Shown here: in pieces, positions 25,201 to 38,186 of the stretch
Layout: the number at the start of each line of letters is the position of its first letter
Numbering within the stretch: position 1 is the first letter of the stretch
Assembly: GCF_002113885.1 (NCBI RefSeq)
Contig: NW_018407846.1
Coordinates: 493,158-557,157 of the forward strand
Direction: 5' to 3'
Origin: Mizuhopecten yessoensis
Lineage: Eukaryota
DNA: 64,000 nt
Notes under the pieces: model-generated
What the model saw: the letters and a program-made list of their open reading frames with translations, nothing else
Database searches by the model: none
Told to the model about the DNA's origin: nothing
Program-made: the position numbers and the translations under genes

Positions 25201-25849
25201 CGTTGGATACAATTCTGACAAGCGTCTCCGCGAATNAGGAACTTTTCACCGGGGCCCCTTAATTCTGCCATGTTACTACGTTAATACCGCCATTTCTGAC
25301 GAACGAAGCGGTGCTGCTGATGCAATTTGTAAGTATAGCTAAAACCTCAAATGTAAGGCAGCATATAGGCATCTTTCGGAAAAAGTCGTGTTTTATATAT
25401 ACTGATTTAGTGAGTACTGAATAGGCTGAAATCCTATAGAAGACACAGTGGATATCCTCCACCATTAGACAGCAACATACAGATATCAGTGCATTCTCGG
25501 GGGGGCTGAGCGGATATGGTAGTTGATTGCATTGTACCCGTCCGTTCTTCCATCCTTCCGCCTTGGTTCTATCCCCGACATACACTCGGGTAAAACACAA
25601 TAAAGGGCCCAGGTAGAAAAGCTGAATGTTATAGATCTAGAGGCTTCACAATAACACACATCATTGCACAATTTTTCTTTTAAGTTCAAAATTTGTAGTC
25701 TAGGTTGTTGGATATTGACACAAAATTTCAGCTATTTCTGACCAAGCATTTCTGAGAATGTGTATAATAATGTATGGAAAATGTGACAATTTCGGAAATT
25801 ATTCTGTTGCACTTCAAATTTAAGCATTTTTTGCACAACTAATATTTAA

Positions 25850-26370
25850 TAAACGGTGTTTTTGACCCCCCTGGAGGCAGAGAGGTGGGGCCCAATAGGG
25901 AAAATAGAGGTAAAACGTTTAAAATCCTTCTTCTACCATAGGGACTAAGGGATTTTATCCTAATTTAGTCTGGAGCATCCTTGGGCCAAGGGGACTCAAT
26001 TTTGTATAAGCATTGTGTGTGGTCTCCCAGGGGGCAGAAGGGTGGGGCACAATAGGAGAAATAGAGGTAAAACCTTTAAAATCCTTCTTCGACCATTGGG
26101 ATTATGGGATTTTATCCTTATTTAGTCTGGAGCATCCTTGGGCCAAGGGGACACAATATTGTATAAACGGTGGGTATTAACCCCCCTAGGGGCATAGGGG
26201 TGGGGCTCAGTTTGAAGTTTGCTCCCGTTTTATCTCAAGAACTGGATGGATCTTTCTAAATTTCATATGTACTTAGAGCACCTACCATGGAGTGCTATAT
26301 CTTTACTTCATACCAATTATTTTAAACATATTCAGGTGGGCGATACATGCCCTCTGGGTCTCTTGTTTTT
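25850..26370 (+). mobile_element. HINE-like (non-autonomous Helentron) element, 3' part with ~157-bp internal repeats
   Basis: Repeat units at 25894/26051; end CAGGTGGGCGATACATGCCCTCTGGGTCTCTTGTTTTT. Confidence 0.6.
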
Positions 26371-26504
26371 CACTGTCAGAGCACACAGTTGGGCCCATTA
26401 TTGTGTTTTACCCGACTCCTTGCCATTGTAACTTCATACCTGGGGCATGAGTTTACGTAGGTGAGGCGGTGTGTCATGTATCAAAAGGAGGTCACTTACC
26501 TATA

Positions 26505-27082
26505 TTTTTAGCTCACCTGCCCAAGGGCAAATGAGCTTTTGCCGTGGTGCGGCGTCCGTCAACTTTCCCCTATAAACAACTTCTTCTCAATAACAGAGAG
26601 GCAAAGATACCTGATATTGGGCCTGTAGCATGCTGGGGTGAAGGGCTACCATGTTTGTTCAAATGAATGACCTTGACCTACATTCAATGTTACAGGGGTG
26701 AAAAAGGCTAAAATCTCTAAACAACTTCTTCGCAATAACCAAGAAGCCCAGAGACCTGATATTGGGCCTTTAACATGCTGGGGTGAAGGCTACCAACTTT
26801 TTTCAAATGAATGACCTGGACCTATTTTCGAGGTCACAGGGGTCAAATAGCCTATAATCTTTAAATGATGACTTAATAACCAAGAGACCCAGAGACCTGA
26901 TATTGGGCCAGTAGTATGCTGGAATGAAGGGCTACAGAAGTTACTTAAATAAATAAACCTATCCTGCTCATATATTTGAATAAAGGGGTAATCAGCTTAG
27001 CATCCACATTAATGACCTAAAGTCTTAATACAGTTGCATTAGAAGCAGGTGAGGGATACAGGCCCATTGGGCCTCTTGTTTT
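26505..27082 (+). mobile_element. HINE-like element, complete
   Basis: 5' subTIR AGCTCACCTG (26510), GTCC microsatellite seed, ~145-bp repeats, 3' CAGGTGAG (27046), palindrome AGGCCCATTGGGCCT and T-run. Confidence 0.75.
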
Positions 27083-27084
27083 AA

Positions 27085-28465
27085 TAAAGTTTTCCCGGCC
27101 CCCTAGTCGTTCCATCCCCTAACCGGTCCATCCTTAGTCGTTCTGGCCCCCTAGTCATTCCGACGCTTTTATATAATGTCTGTACGTCAACAATTTCTTC
27201 AAACGACTGATTGGAATTTAACTAAATTTGACTGGCAGCATCCCTAGGTGGTGGAGATTCAAAATATCAATCATACTTGATCAGAAGCCAAAAAGGGTTA
27301 TTTGACTTTATTGCTTTAAGCGGCTTCTTCTCTGGAACTAAGAGATGGATATCAACTATTTGACTGGAAGCATTCTTATATAGCTAGGTGGTGAGGACTC
27401 ACAATTGTACAAATGGTGGGGCTGAGGGGCAGGGCCAAAGGGGGGCAATTTGGCTATATTGCTATAAACGACTTCCTCTGTAGAACTATGCCATGGATAT
27501 CAAACATATTTGGTCGGAAGCATTCATGGGAGGCAGGGATTCAAAATTGTACAAATGGTGGGGCTGAAACCCCCGGGCTAAGGGGTGGGGCCAAAACAAG
27601 TGTATTACTTGGAAATGGTTGAGATCCCCACCGTATTACCATATATATACAATTGCTGAGTATAAAGAAAAGAATGCACATTTGCTTCCAGGATGGCCCT
27701 GGGGTCTGGCCCTACCCTTGGAGACATAGTCCCTGGGTCATAACTTTGAAACGGTTGAGATCCCCACCCAAAACCTCGATATACAAATGCTGGGCATAAA
27801 GAGAAGAATGCAATCATGATATTAGAATTGACCCTTGGGTCTGACCGAACCCCTAGGGACGTAGTTTCTTAGTCACAGCTTGGAAACAGTTGAGATCCCC
27901 ACCCTATAACCATATACAATTGCTGAGTATTAAGAGATGAATCCACATACGCTTCCAGGATGGCCTTGGGGTCTACCCCACTCTTGGAGACTTAACCCCT
28001 GGGTCATAACATCAAAACGGTTCAGATCCCCACCCCAAAACTATATATATACAATTGTTGGGCATAAAGAGACAAATGCAGTCATGATATTAGAATTGAC
28101 CCAAGGGTCTGTCCCACCCTTGCAGACTTAACCCCTGGGTCATAACTTCGAAACGGTTGAAATCCCCACCCCAAAACTATAAATACAAATGCTGGGCATA
28201 AAGAGACAAATGTAGTCATGCTATTAAAATTGATCCTGGGGTCTGGCCACATTCCTAGGGACCTAGTTTCTGAGTCACAGCTTTGAAACAGTTGAGATCC
28301 CCAACCCATTACCATTCATAAATTTGCTGGGCATGAAAAATCTAATACAGATGTGCTATAAGGATTGGCCTTGGGGTCTGGCCTATTCCCTTGAATCTCA
28401 TTTGGAGAATATTTTGCAATGATTGCTTAGATATCCAGGTGAGCTGGCCAAGGGCCTCTTGTATT
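27085..28465 (+). mobile_element. HINE-like element(s) with ~134-bp tandem units (27600-28400)
   Basis: TTGAGATCCCCACC-like motif recurs every ~134 bp; end CCAGGTGAGCTGGCCAAGGGCCTCTTGT. The 5' boundary is uncertain. Confidence 0.6.
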
Positions 28466-28587
28466 TGGAGGCAACATCATTATATTTGGTGACGGACTAC
28501 CTTTATTATAGTGTAGCTTCATCATACAGTGTGCTGTAATTGTGTGGTTGCAGTTTTAAAGTCTGTATGCTTGTCTTTTCAGCCAAA

Positions 28588-29949
28588 ATGGGAGACGGAC
28601 AGATGTCAGAAATACTCAAGAAACTTGCCCTGGGCCATGCATGCAATAATTTCAAAAAAGAGAAAATAACACCTGACATTGTTGTAAAACTGTCTGCATT
28701 TGAGCTGGAAATTTTAGGTATACCAAATTCTTCGGACATGATGAAACTTAGAACTGAATGTGTAAAGTATGGTCACTGTCCTCCTGCCAAAGTTACACTA
28801 AATGGTGGGGCCCCAGCCTACGATATTCCGAAATGTACACTCGAGTATCTTTTAGATAACGGTTTTCCAATATCTGACATATCCAAGATACTTCAAGTTT
28901 CTGAAAGAACAGTTTACCGTAGGATGTGCATGTATAATTTGAGTAAAATGTCATTTAGTAACATTTCGGATGAACTGCTCGATGAAAACTTACGAAAAAT
29001 AAGTAAAGATTTCCCTTTTTGTGGTGAAGGTATGGTAAAGCAAATGCTGTTTCAGCAAGGTATTAAAGTGCAAAGATGGCGTCTCCGGGGTTCCTTGCAT
29101 CGCATAGACTCGGAAGGAGTTTTGGAACGACGTAAAGGACGGCTCCACAGACGCGTGTACAATGTTATGGCACCTAATCACTTGTGGCACATAGACACTA
29201 ATCATAAGCTTGTTCGGTGGCGGTTTGTAGTAGCAGGCGGTATCGACGGTTTTAGTAGGAAGATCATGTTTTTGAAATGCTATGACAACAACAAATCTGC
29301 AACTGTGTTTCAAAGTTTTTTTTCTGGTGTATGCGAATATGGAACACCAAACAAAGTCCGCTCAGACAAAGGTCTAGAAAATGTAGATGTGGCAAACTAC
29401 ATGCTGTCTAACAGAGGATTAACTGGCATGATAACAGGGAAGAGTACCCACAATCAGCGTATTGAACGTTTGTGGCGCGATGTATACGAAGGTGTTCTAA
29501 GTTTTTTTTACAATTTATTCTACTATATGGAAGATCAAGGGATTTTGGACTGTTTGGACAGTACTCATTTACAAGCCCTTCATTATATATATATGGATGA
29601 AATTAACAGAAGGCTATGTGTATGGACCAATGCATGGGATGCTCACAGAATGAGAACTGTGAAGACGTCCCCACAAGCGCTGTGGATTGCTGGGCAATTA
29701 CAAAACACAGTTGGTGTTGACGTAGATGAACATGAATTACAGGACTATGGTGTAGAGGGTTCAATTCCTGATGTTCTGCTAGAAACTGCGCAGAATGAAA
29801 GGCCCATATTTAGTCCTCTGTCCGAACTTAATGACCGGTGCATACAGATATTGACACAGGAAGTTGGTTCTCCTAGCTTTAATGTGAATTTTGGAATTGG
29901 CGATTATAAAACCTCTTTGAGAGTGATACGTTTATACAACAGTCAATGA
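28588..29949 (+). CDS. IS3-like DDE transposase/integrase-core protein (453 aa) with N-terminal SAM-like and HTH regions
   Basis: Uninterrupted [41 protein letters not shown] (D..D-32-E); [25 protein letters not shown] follows an acceptor TTTTCAG at 28582; candidate upstream donor at 25329. Confidence 0.9.
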   Translation: MGDGQMSEILKKLALGHACNNFKKEKITPDIVVKLSAFELEILGIPNSSDMMKLRTECVKYGHCPPAKVTLNGGAPAYDIPKCTLEYLLDNGFPISDISKILQVSERTVYRRMCMYNLSKMSFSNISDELLDENLRKISKDFPFCGEGMVKQMLFQQGIKVQRWRLRGSLHRIDSEGVLERRKGRLHRRVYNVMAPNHLWHIDTNHKLVRWRFVVAGGIDGFSRKIMFLKCYDNNKSATVFQSFFSGVCEYGTPNKVRSDKGLENVDVANYMLSNRGLTGMITGKSTHNQRIERLWRDVYEGVLSFFYNLFYYMEDQGILDCLDSTHLQALHYIYMDEINRRLCVWTNAWDAHRMRTVKTSPQALWIAGQLQNTVGVDVDEHELQDYGVEGSIPDVLLETAQNERPIFSPLSELNDRCIQILTQEVGSPSFNVNFGIGDYKTSLRVIRLYNSQ

Positions 29950-30469
29950 TGTAACTCAAGTGAGAGGCTGTTTGGAATCAGCTGTTTGTTTCATATTTAA
30001 GAAAAGGTATGGTCTCAAAAATAAAGAACTAAACATGAGGCACATGGGGCCTGCATCGCTAACCTGGATATTTCAGTGATAAGTGCAAAGCACTATATTA
30101 AGTTATATACACGTATTACAAATACTTTCCCTATTTTGGGATTTACCTCTCATTACCATGTATTGCACTTTCTTTTAACTAGCATTTAGCTTTCTGGTTC
30201 AAAATAAGATTGTAAGCAAATTAAGTTGAAAAGCACTCAACATAAGTCATGAATAACCAATTGACTTATTTTATTGGGTCCCACACATCTGCCTCTGGTG
30301 GAATTGAGATTAGAATCTGTATATATGCAATAAAAAGATTGTTTAACTTGTGTGCATAATAACAGTAGTAGTAGTAATGTCGCAGAAATACTATTTTATA
30401 AAAAGAATCTGTAATTTTTCTAATCCGGATGTATAAAGGCAAGATACTGTTACCTATATTCGTATATAA

Positions 30470-31538
30470 TTATTCCCCGCTTTCACCGAAATGGGGGATA
30501 TTAATTTGGGTCTCTCTGTCTGTCATGCTTCGTTTCCGTGAAATATTTAACTACAACAAATATTAACCGATTTTCTTCAAACTTAGTCACAGTGTAAAAT
30601 GCCTTAAGGGCTCGACCAAGTTTGATGACCACTTTCAGCAGACCCCAATTGGCGGAGTTATAGCCCCTTGAATAACAAAACGTCATTATCTGCCGTTTCC
30701 TTGCAATAACTGCAGCACATGTTAACCAATTTTCTTCAAACTTGGTCGATTTTGATGAAAATTGGTATATAGGGATATTAGGGGACTGCGAATTCAACCG
30801 CATAGGTTTTGTTGCCATAGCAACCACACAGAGGCTTCTGATTGGTGGAAATTCAGATATTGTTCGATTTTGATGAAAATTGGTATATACTAATATAGGG
30901 GTATAATTAATAAGGGGACTTCAAATTCAACCGCATATGTTTCATTGCCATATCAACCACATGGAGGCTTCTGATTGGTCGAAATTTAGATATTTTTCGG
31001 TTTTTATGAAAATTGGTATATAGGGGTATTAGGAGACTGCGAATAAAACTGCATTAAGTTTCGTTACCATAGCAACCACACGGAGGCTTCTGATTGGTCG
31101 CAATTTAGATATTGTTAGATATAGGGGTATTAGGAGACTGCAAATTAGATTCTGATAATTTCACTCAAATTTAGTATGTACATTGTAGGTGTACTATGTT
31201 AATGCAATCCTTTTCTGATGCATCTCTGCGACTATGGGGGCAGTTTGAGGGCCATCTGTTATGGTCCTCCATTATAATTAGTACTTGTTGCTGTAGATAT
31301 TAAGATGTTTCAACCTAATTCCTTATGCACATCCAACTCATGCTAAGTTTGCCAACCAATGTGATTTGTGCATATTTACGGATAATCAATGAAGTATAGG
31401 GCTTTTTTTTCTTCAAGTTTCAAGCTATACATTATGTCTCAACAGCACGATACTCGCATGTTTAAACCTAACCTCAATAATGTTAACCTACAATATGTCC
31501 TGCAAGCGGGGGATATAAATTCCACAAATTTGCTTGTT
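30470..31538 (+). mobile_element. HINE-like element with ~142-bp internal repeats
   Basis: subTIRs TTCCCCGCTT (30473) and AAGCGGGGGA (31504), TCTG microsatellite, repeats at 30745-31140. Confidence 0.65.
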
Positions 31539-32848
31539 GTATATTATTACATGGCTTACAGGTAACTGGCCAGATAAACTAATTATGTATGTTTGCATAA
31601 ACTTGTATGTACATGTACGTCATGATTGTCTCTCTTTGCACAAAATGTATTATTCATGCATAATTATTGTTTCAATGCATGTATTATATATTATCATGCT
31701 CTTCATTTTGAGGAAATAAAGATAATGATACAGCAGAAAAAAGATTTTGAGGAAATTCCTCTTTTTTTGCCCTTTTGGGCCCCGCCCCTCCACTTCCAGG
31801 TGAGACGGTCCGACCCTCCATTTTTTGACGGGCATATAAAAAATATTGAGATATGAGACCACACTTGCACCTTAATATGTGCAAATTCTAAGTTACAAGC
31901 AATGAAAGAAAAAGAACAATGTGATGAACTACTTTATTTGTTGTCAAATATAGTGTACAAACCATTGACATTCTATGCCATTCTACTAAACTAAAATTAA
32001 TTGAATATGAAAAAAATAATTATTTTACAGACAATTTATAATTTTATTACTGCGACATCTCTTTTATGGGGGTAATGCAAGTTGCATACTAGTATATTTT
32101 AATGAATCAAGGTTGAAATAAATCATACTTGTCAGGGTTTCAGAAATAGGAGATCAACAAACGGTAATCAAATTTTAGCAGCTCAATATATTGGCACTAA
32201 TGTAAAATTCTTCCAAGATATCTACACATAATTTCCCCAAAGGTTCCCAACATATAAAACAAGTATATAGAACAAACTTGAAATGGCTGAAGTACATATA
32301 AATCATTACCAAGATTTATATTCCAAATATCTACTGTTCGATCTGTCTAAATCAATGATTTGTTTTGCGACGTTTTTTATATACCGGTATATATACTGTT
32401 AGTGTTATGCCTTTCAGGATTAACTTAGTCTTTGTTTATAGCAATAGCTAATTGATCAAAATAGTTTCTAATTTTACAAGTAAATGATAAAGGGGGGAAA
32501 ATGCCTCTTTATAACTACCAAAATTTGGCAACTGAAGTCACACAATTCAGTTAAACAATGATGTCTAATTGCCAGTAATTCTTTGTTTCTTTATAAGATT
32601 TTCTGGACATATCTAGAACAAACAGAAGATATATAAATTTCTGTGAAATATTTAATATTCTTTGCAATACCATGATCATTTGTGGAAATAATATCCATTC
32701 TGTACTTTTTGATTCCTTGATCATTACATAAATTTAGTACAAAGAAAATTGAACTTTTATTAATCAATTCTATATTTGTTTTATTCTAATGTAATACCAA
32801 TGGCCACAAAACAAGTGAATCCATGTACTATGTACATGTATATATATC

Positions 32849-33660
32849 AACAAGAGACCCATGGGCCTAAACGGTCATCTGACTACTACAGCAGTGGGTA
32901 ACTACTTGTCAGTAAAGAAATTCAAAAAAGCATTTAAAGCAAAATTGTAGCTAAGTTCCCCTTTTGGGATATCAATTAAACTTCAGTCAATTTTTTTCCT
33001 GTATGGCCCTTGGGATATATAAGGGTCAAAATGTTAACATGATAAAACTTATATATATATATTGCATAGTAATATTCAAACTGAACATAAAATCATTTAC
33101 TGGCAGTAAAATATTTAACAAAATTTTAACCTTAACCATCTCACAGGTTGCAAGAATTTAAGTGGAAAATGTACAGCTTTCCTAAGGCACTCTACATGCA
33201 TCATCGTAAAAACTCTTTCAATCCACGAATATAGGGATTGCTACTACCATATCTGGGTCTGAAAAATTTCGGCATAAATATGGCTGCTCTATCTAATGGG
33301 GTGAACATGCACATATGCTTTGGTTTGGTTTGGTTTATGGCCATGGATGGTTTCAACGATATTGGTGCAGGGTGCAACTGGAAGAAGAAATATTAGCATC
33401 CTTTCCCTATACTCTCCAAATTCAACTAGAACTGTAGGCCAATGGCTAACTAATACTCCCCCTCCCCCCATCATTTGCGACCATGGCAACCAAATGACAT
33501 CTATCGTTTCGAAATTCTGAAAGTTGGTTGGTTAAATATACAATGCAATTTGATCTCATTAACCACAGATAAACATGGAGGGCTGACATAGGCTTGTATG
33601 TATAAAAGAGGTGATAATGGACAGATGGACAACAAACATTTTTTGTCAGAAACACACAGA
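32849..33660 (-). mobile_element. Degenerate HINE-like element
   Basis: AACAAGAGACCCATGGGCCT palindromic end, GGACAGATGGAC microsatellite remnant at the other end. Confidence 0.5.
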
Positions 33661-33941
33661 CCATTACCAAAAGTACATCCCTACAAAGTTTTAATGAAAT
33701 CAGTACTTTTTTCTCACAAATAATTATAATCTATTGTACATTAATTGTTCCTTGCATTACAAAACAGCATATTTTGTGCTAAGCTAAGTTACTGTAAGTA
33801 GTTTTAATACAAAAGCAGATTTTCTCCTTTTCACTTCAACAACGTATGAAAATCAAATGATGACATTTTTGTTTTTCCTTAAAAAACAGTCAATTAACAG
33901 GTATATGTATAACGTTTCTCAGCAAAGATGCACTGCGCGCC

Positions 33942-34200
33942 TTATTGTATTCCAAAATATTTGTTTTGGAACGCGTAGTCGTACAAGCTAAACAATTTCT
34001 CATCTTCGGGCAATTTTTCACTGTTGCCGTTGGTCTTGGTAGATACATACAGCAACTACAGGTATTTGCAGTTGGGATGAAACTGGGACTCATCATTACA
34101 AACTCGATAGAAGGGCCAATGGAAAAACCCAAAGCAGGCTCGTCACTGGCTGCCGTTACAAACTCCAAAATATGTGATAATATCACACCTCTTCTTCCAC
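33942..34200 (-). pseudogene. HECT-domain (G2E3-like) E3 ligase, last exon with catalytic PTANTC; frameshifted
   Basis: SGRRGVILSHILEFVTAASDEPALGFSIGPSIEF...FIPTANTCSCCMYLP. After a frameshift in the A5 run (34014-34018) it reads LPEDEKLFSLYDYAFQNKYFGIQ*. Confidence 0.8.
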
Positions 34201-35002
34201 CTAAAAAAAGGAAAAATAGGTGTAAAATTCTTATATGACAATAAGGCGAATTAGTCTCCCACTGAATATGAAAGTGTATGCAAGTATCAAACATTATGAC
34301 CTACTTTTGATACAGGACACAACACCTCACCTAGGTCAACCCTTGCCCCAAGTATAAAGTTTTCTTCAGTGCTTTCATAATAAAAAAAATCAGATGCTTT
34401 ACATTAGTTCTGCTTCGTCATGTGGGCAAAATCATCACTTCAATATTCATACTTGATGGTCAAAGGTTAAGTAATCCATCCATTACTTCCTGATGATTCT
34501 CAGATCAATTCCAAAATTGAATCCGAACCTTAGGGACCACGTGGAACCTATATAATATGAGAATGAGCCACCCAATACTTCTAAAGGAATAGTGATAATG
34601 GTCACCTGTTGGCTATTTTATTTTTCACAATTAGTTCCAAAATTAAATAAACACAACTATTGACCTAGGGTACAATGAAATTTGAGAATGATCAATTTTG
34701 CAGTACTTTTCAAGAAAGAGCAATAACAGGAATTGTTTTAAGGACAGACAGACGGCGACGCAAATACAATTTAGTTGTCATTTTAGCATGCATAGACCTC
34801 TAATGATTTTATATATATACCCTATAGGGTATGGGATGTATACTGATGGACTTAAAAACCTTCCAAATACTCACCCAAAAACTTAAAGTGAGTTTTGATG
34901 CAAACGAAATTCAATGTTAATAAAGTAATTGAAGTATGCGAGCACCTTATTTACGTAATAGACATGCATAAATATTGATGCATTGCATCTCAAAATTCAC
35001 CT

Positions 35003-35440
35003 AAACAAGAGATCCCAGAGGGATCTTGGCACCCACCATTGAATGATCTTCAGTAATTGGTTCCATGTAAGACTGATCTTTTCTCTACTTTCCGTTCTTT
35101 CATCCTTAATTTTCCCTTTAATAATTTGATAACAAGGAAATCCTTCATATGAAATCTAAGAAAGATCTAAGAAGAACTTTCTGTGACATACAAAATGTAG
35201 CGATAACAAACTTCCAACTGACAAAATCCAAGATGGCCACCTGTCGGCCATTTTGTTTTCCCAATCAGAATCAAAATTGAATGGGCACATCTAGGGACTA
35301 AGGGGAACCTACATGTGAAGTTTGAGAAACATCCTTCAAGTACTTCTCAAGAAATAGCGATAACAAGGATTGTTTATGGACAGACGGATGATAGACAGGC
35401 GATTTGAATAGCCCACCATCATCAGACGGTGGGCTAAAAA
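35003..35440 (-). mobile_element. HINE-like element in HECT intron
   Basis: AAACAAGAGATCCCAGAGGGATCTT palindrome; GGAC microsatellite; TAGCCCACC..GGTGGGCTAAAAA end. Confidence 0.7.
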
Positions 35441-35676
35441 GTCCAGTTACCCAGAATCCCCATTTTCCAGAGTCACTGGAACATAATGTTTTATGGTATT
35501 AAAGAAATGATGGTGTGTTGAAATTAACATTATGTCATCATAACTATATACCAAGTTTGATTAAGTTTGGACAAGTATTTTTGAGAAATGGATCTATAAA
35601 TTCAAAATTTTTAAAGTCAACTCAAAAGTAACACCATATAAGTCTTGCTTCTACATCCGACAATGTTATAACTAAC

Positions 35677-35851
35677 TGGCAACTTCACGAACATATCTCA
35701 TAAAGGCAGAGTATACTGCTCCCTCTAGGATCCTGCTGTTGGAACCTGTCTCTGAAAACTTCGGCTTCAAATAATGTGTCAACGCCCTTACTGTAAGCTT
35801 TCTGTTGGATGGTCTCAGAAGGAAGACAAATGCAGGGACACGATTACCAAT
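35677..35851 (-). pseudogene. HECT-domain gene, penultimate exon
   Basis: AG/GT bounded; IGNRVPAFVFLLRPSNRKLTVRALTHYLKPKFSETGSNSRILEGAVYSAFMRYVREVA; phase 1 joins the 34200 exon in frame. Confidence 0.8.
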
Positions 35852-36037
35852 CTACAAAGACATATGCACAGTTAAATATATGTACATTAGAAGTAGCATT
35901 TTTAAAAGAAATATAACCATAACTTGTATATGATTTCTGTTTCAAACAGATTCTAAGTGGGATACAAACTTTATTACAGCTATACATGTATATATGAATT
36001 AAAACAAGACGGCTGTCCGTCGATCTCCACAAATCAT

Positions 36038-37907
36038 ACAAGAGATCCCAGAGGGATCCTGGCGCCCACCTTTGTACCATCTTCATTAGTTCTTTGTCAG
36101 TTCGATCTTTTCTCTTCTTTCCTCTAATCTGTTTGATCAAGTCATGTTAACAGTAAATGCACCTTGAGGTAACTTTTGATCTAAACTTAATACTGATGTG
36201 TATGAAAGCCAACTTTCAAAGTGAGTTTGTCATTTCACATATTTACTAGTACAGTACTTAATGTGAAAGAAATAGAATCGATCATTGCAATATGAGAAAG
36301 ATCTGTTTAGTTCNNNNNNNNNNNNNNNNNNNNNNNNNNNNNNNNNNNNNNNNNNNNNNNNNNNNNNNNNNNNNNNNNNNNNNNNNNNNNNNNNNNNNNN
36401 NNNNNNNNNNNNNNNNNNNNNNNNNNNNNNNNNNNNNNNNNNNNNNNNNNNNNNNNNNNNNNNNNNNNNNNNNNNNNNNNNNNNNNNNNNNNNNNNNNNN
36501 NNNNNNNNNNNNNNNNNNNNNNNNNNNNNNNNNNNNNNNNNNNNNNNNNNNNNNNNNNNNNNNNNNNNNNNNNNNNNNNNNNNNNNNNNNNNNNNNNNNN
36601 NNNNNNNNNNNNNNNNNNNNNNNNNNNNNNNNNNNNNNNNNNNNNNNNNNNNNNNNNNNNNNNNNNNNNNNNNNNNNNNNNNNNNNNNNNNNNNNNNNNN
36701 NNNNNNNNNNNNNNNNNNNNNNNNNNNNNNNNNNNNNNNNNNNNNNNNNNNNNNNNNNNNNNNNNNNNNNNNNNNNNNNNNNNNNNNNNNNNNNNNNNNN
36801 NNNNNNNNNNNNNNNNNNNNNNNNNNNNNNNNNNNNNNNNNNNNNNNNNNNNNNNNNNNNNNNNNNNNNNNNNNNNNNNNNNNNNNNNNNNNNNNNNNNN
36901 NNNNNNNNNNNNNNNNNNNNNNNNNNNNNNNNNNNNNNNNNNNNNNNNNNNNNNNNNNNNNNNNNNNNNNNNNNNNNNNNNNNNNNNNNNNNNNNNNNNN
37001 NNNNNNNNNNNNNNNNNNNNNNNNNNNNNNNNNNNNNNNNNNNNNNNNNNNNNNNNNNNNNNNNNNNNNNNNNNNNNNNNNNNNNNNNNNNNNNNNNNNN
37101 NNNNNNNNNNNNNNNNNNNNNNNNTCGTCTGAAATTTGAGAAAGATTCCATTTGGTACTTCTGGAGAAATAGCGATAACAAACTTTCACTATCAAAATCC
37201 AAGATGGCTGCCTGTCGGCCATGTTGTTTATCCGATCAGTCTCAAAAGTTGCCCTGCACAGCTTAAAACCATGGAAAACCTACATATAAAATTTGAGAAA
37301 GATCCCTCTGGTACTTCTTGAGGAATAGTGATAACAAACTTTCACTATCAAAATCCAAGACGGCTGCCTGTCGGCCATGTTGTTTATCCGATCAGTCTCA
37401 AAAGTTGCCCTGTACAACTAAGGACCAAGGGGAACCTACATATAAAATTTGAGAAAGATCCCTCTGGTACTTCTTGAGAAATAGCGATAACAAACTTTCA
37501 CTATCAAAATCCAAGATGGCTGCCTGTCGGCCATGTTGTTTATCCGATCAGTCTCAAAAGTTGCCCTGCACAGCTTAAAACCATGGAAAACCTACATATA
37601 AAATTTGAGAAAGATCCCTCTGGTACTTCTTGAGGAATAGTGATAACAAACTTTCACTATCAAAATCCAAGACGGCTGCCTGTCGGCCATGTTGTTTATC
37701 CGATCAGTCTCAAAAGTTGCCCTGTACAACTAAGGACCAAGGGGTACCTACTTATGAAATTTGAGAAAGATCCCTCTGGTACTTTTTGAGAAATAGCGAT
37801 AACAAGAATTGATTAAGGACGGACCACGGACGAACCACGGACGGACCACGGACCACGGACGCAGGGTGATTTGAATAGCCCACCATCAGATGTTGTTGGG
37901 TTAAAAA
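36038..37907 (-). mobile_element. HINE-like element with ~156-bp tandem array (dimeric 312-bp period), spanning a gap
   Basis: Same end motifs as 35003-35440; repeats at 37130-37800; GGACCAC microsatellite at 37817-37860. Confidence 0.65.
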
Positions 37908-38044
37908 TTCCAAGATGCTGCCTGTTGGCCATTCCTATCAGTCCTAAAATCAAACATGTCCATTAATTAATTAAGTATTTCTTTAGCCACAGTGATTAAT
38001 ACACACAGATGGAACACTAATGATGAGCTATTTGAACAGCTCAC

Positions 38045-38186
38045 AATCCAATGATGGTGGTCTCATCCAAGCCCGTCCTCAAATTTTGAATACAGCGTGA
38101 ACTGGATTTCTCATCAGAGAACATTTCATTCAATATATCATGTGGAATGAAGGTAGGTAAAGTACCATTCTGCAAGATGCTAAGAC
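38045..38186 (-). pseudogene. HECT-domain gene, upstream exon (N-lobe segment); 3' end probably overwritten by repeat
   Basis: Acceptor TTTCAG; GLSILQNGTLPTFIPHDILNEMFSDEKSSSRCIQNLRTGLDE. The nearest donor (38044) is out of phase with the next visible exon. Confidence 0.65.

Noticed and set aside
24897-25271. 124-aa ORF with heptad Asn/Ile/Met repeats
   Set aside because: Product of the 21-bp subterminal array; crosses an N.
28540-29949. Integrase as part of an LTR retrotransposon or bacterial IS contamination
   Set aside because: No gag, RT, RNase H or LTRs. It is embedded in host-type repeats and preceded by a splice acceptor.
36230-37266. Long ORFs of X residues (also 52779-53781 and 8764-9201)
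   Set aside because: Assembly gaps; the poly-His/Ile/Met runs come from (CAT)n.
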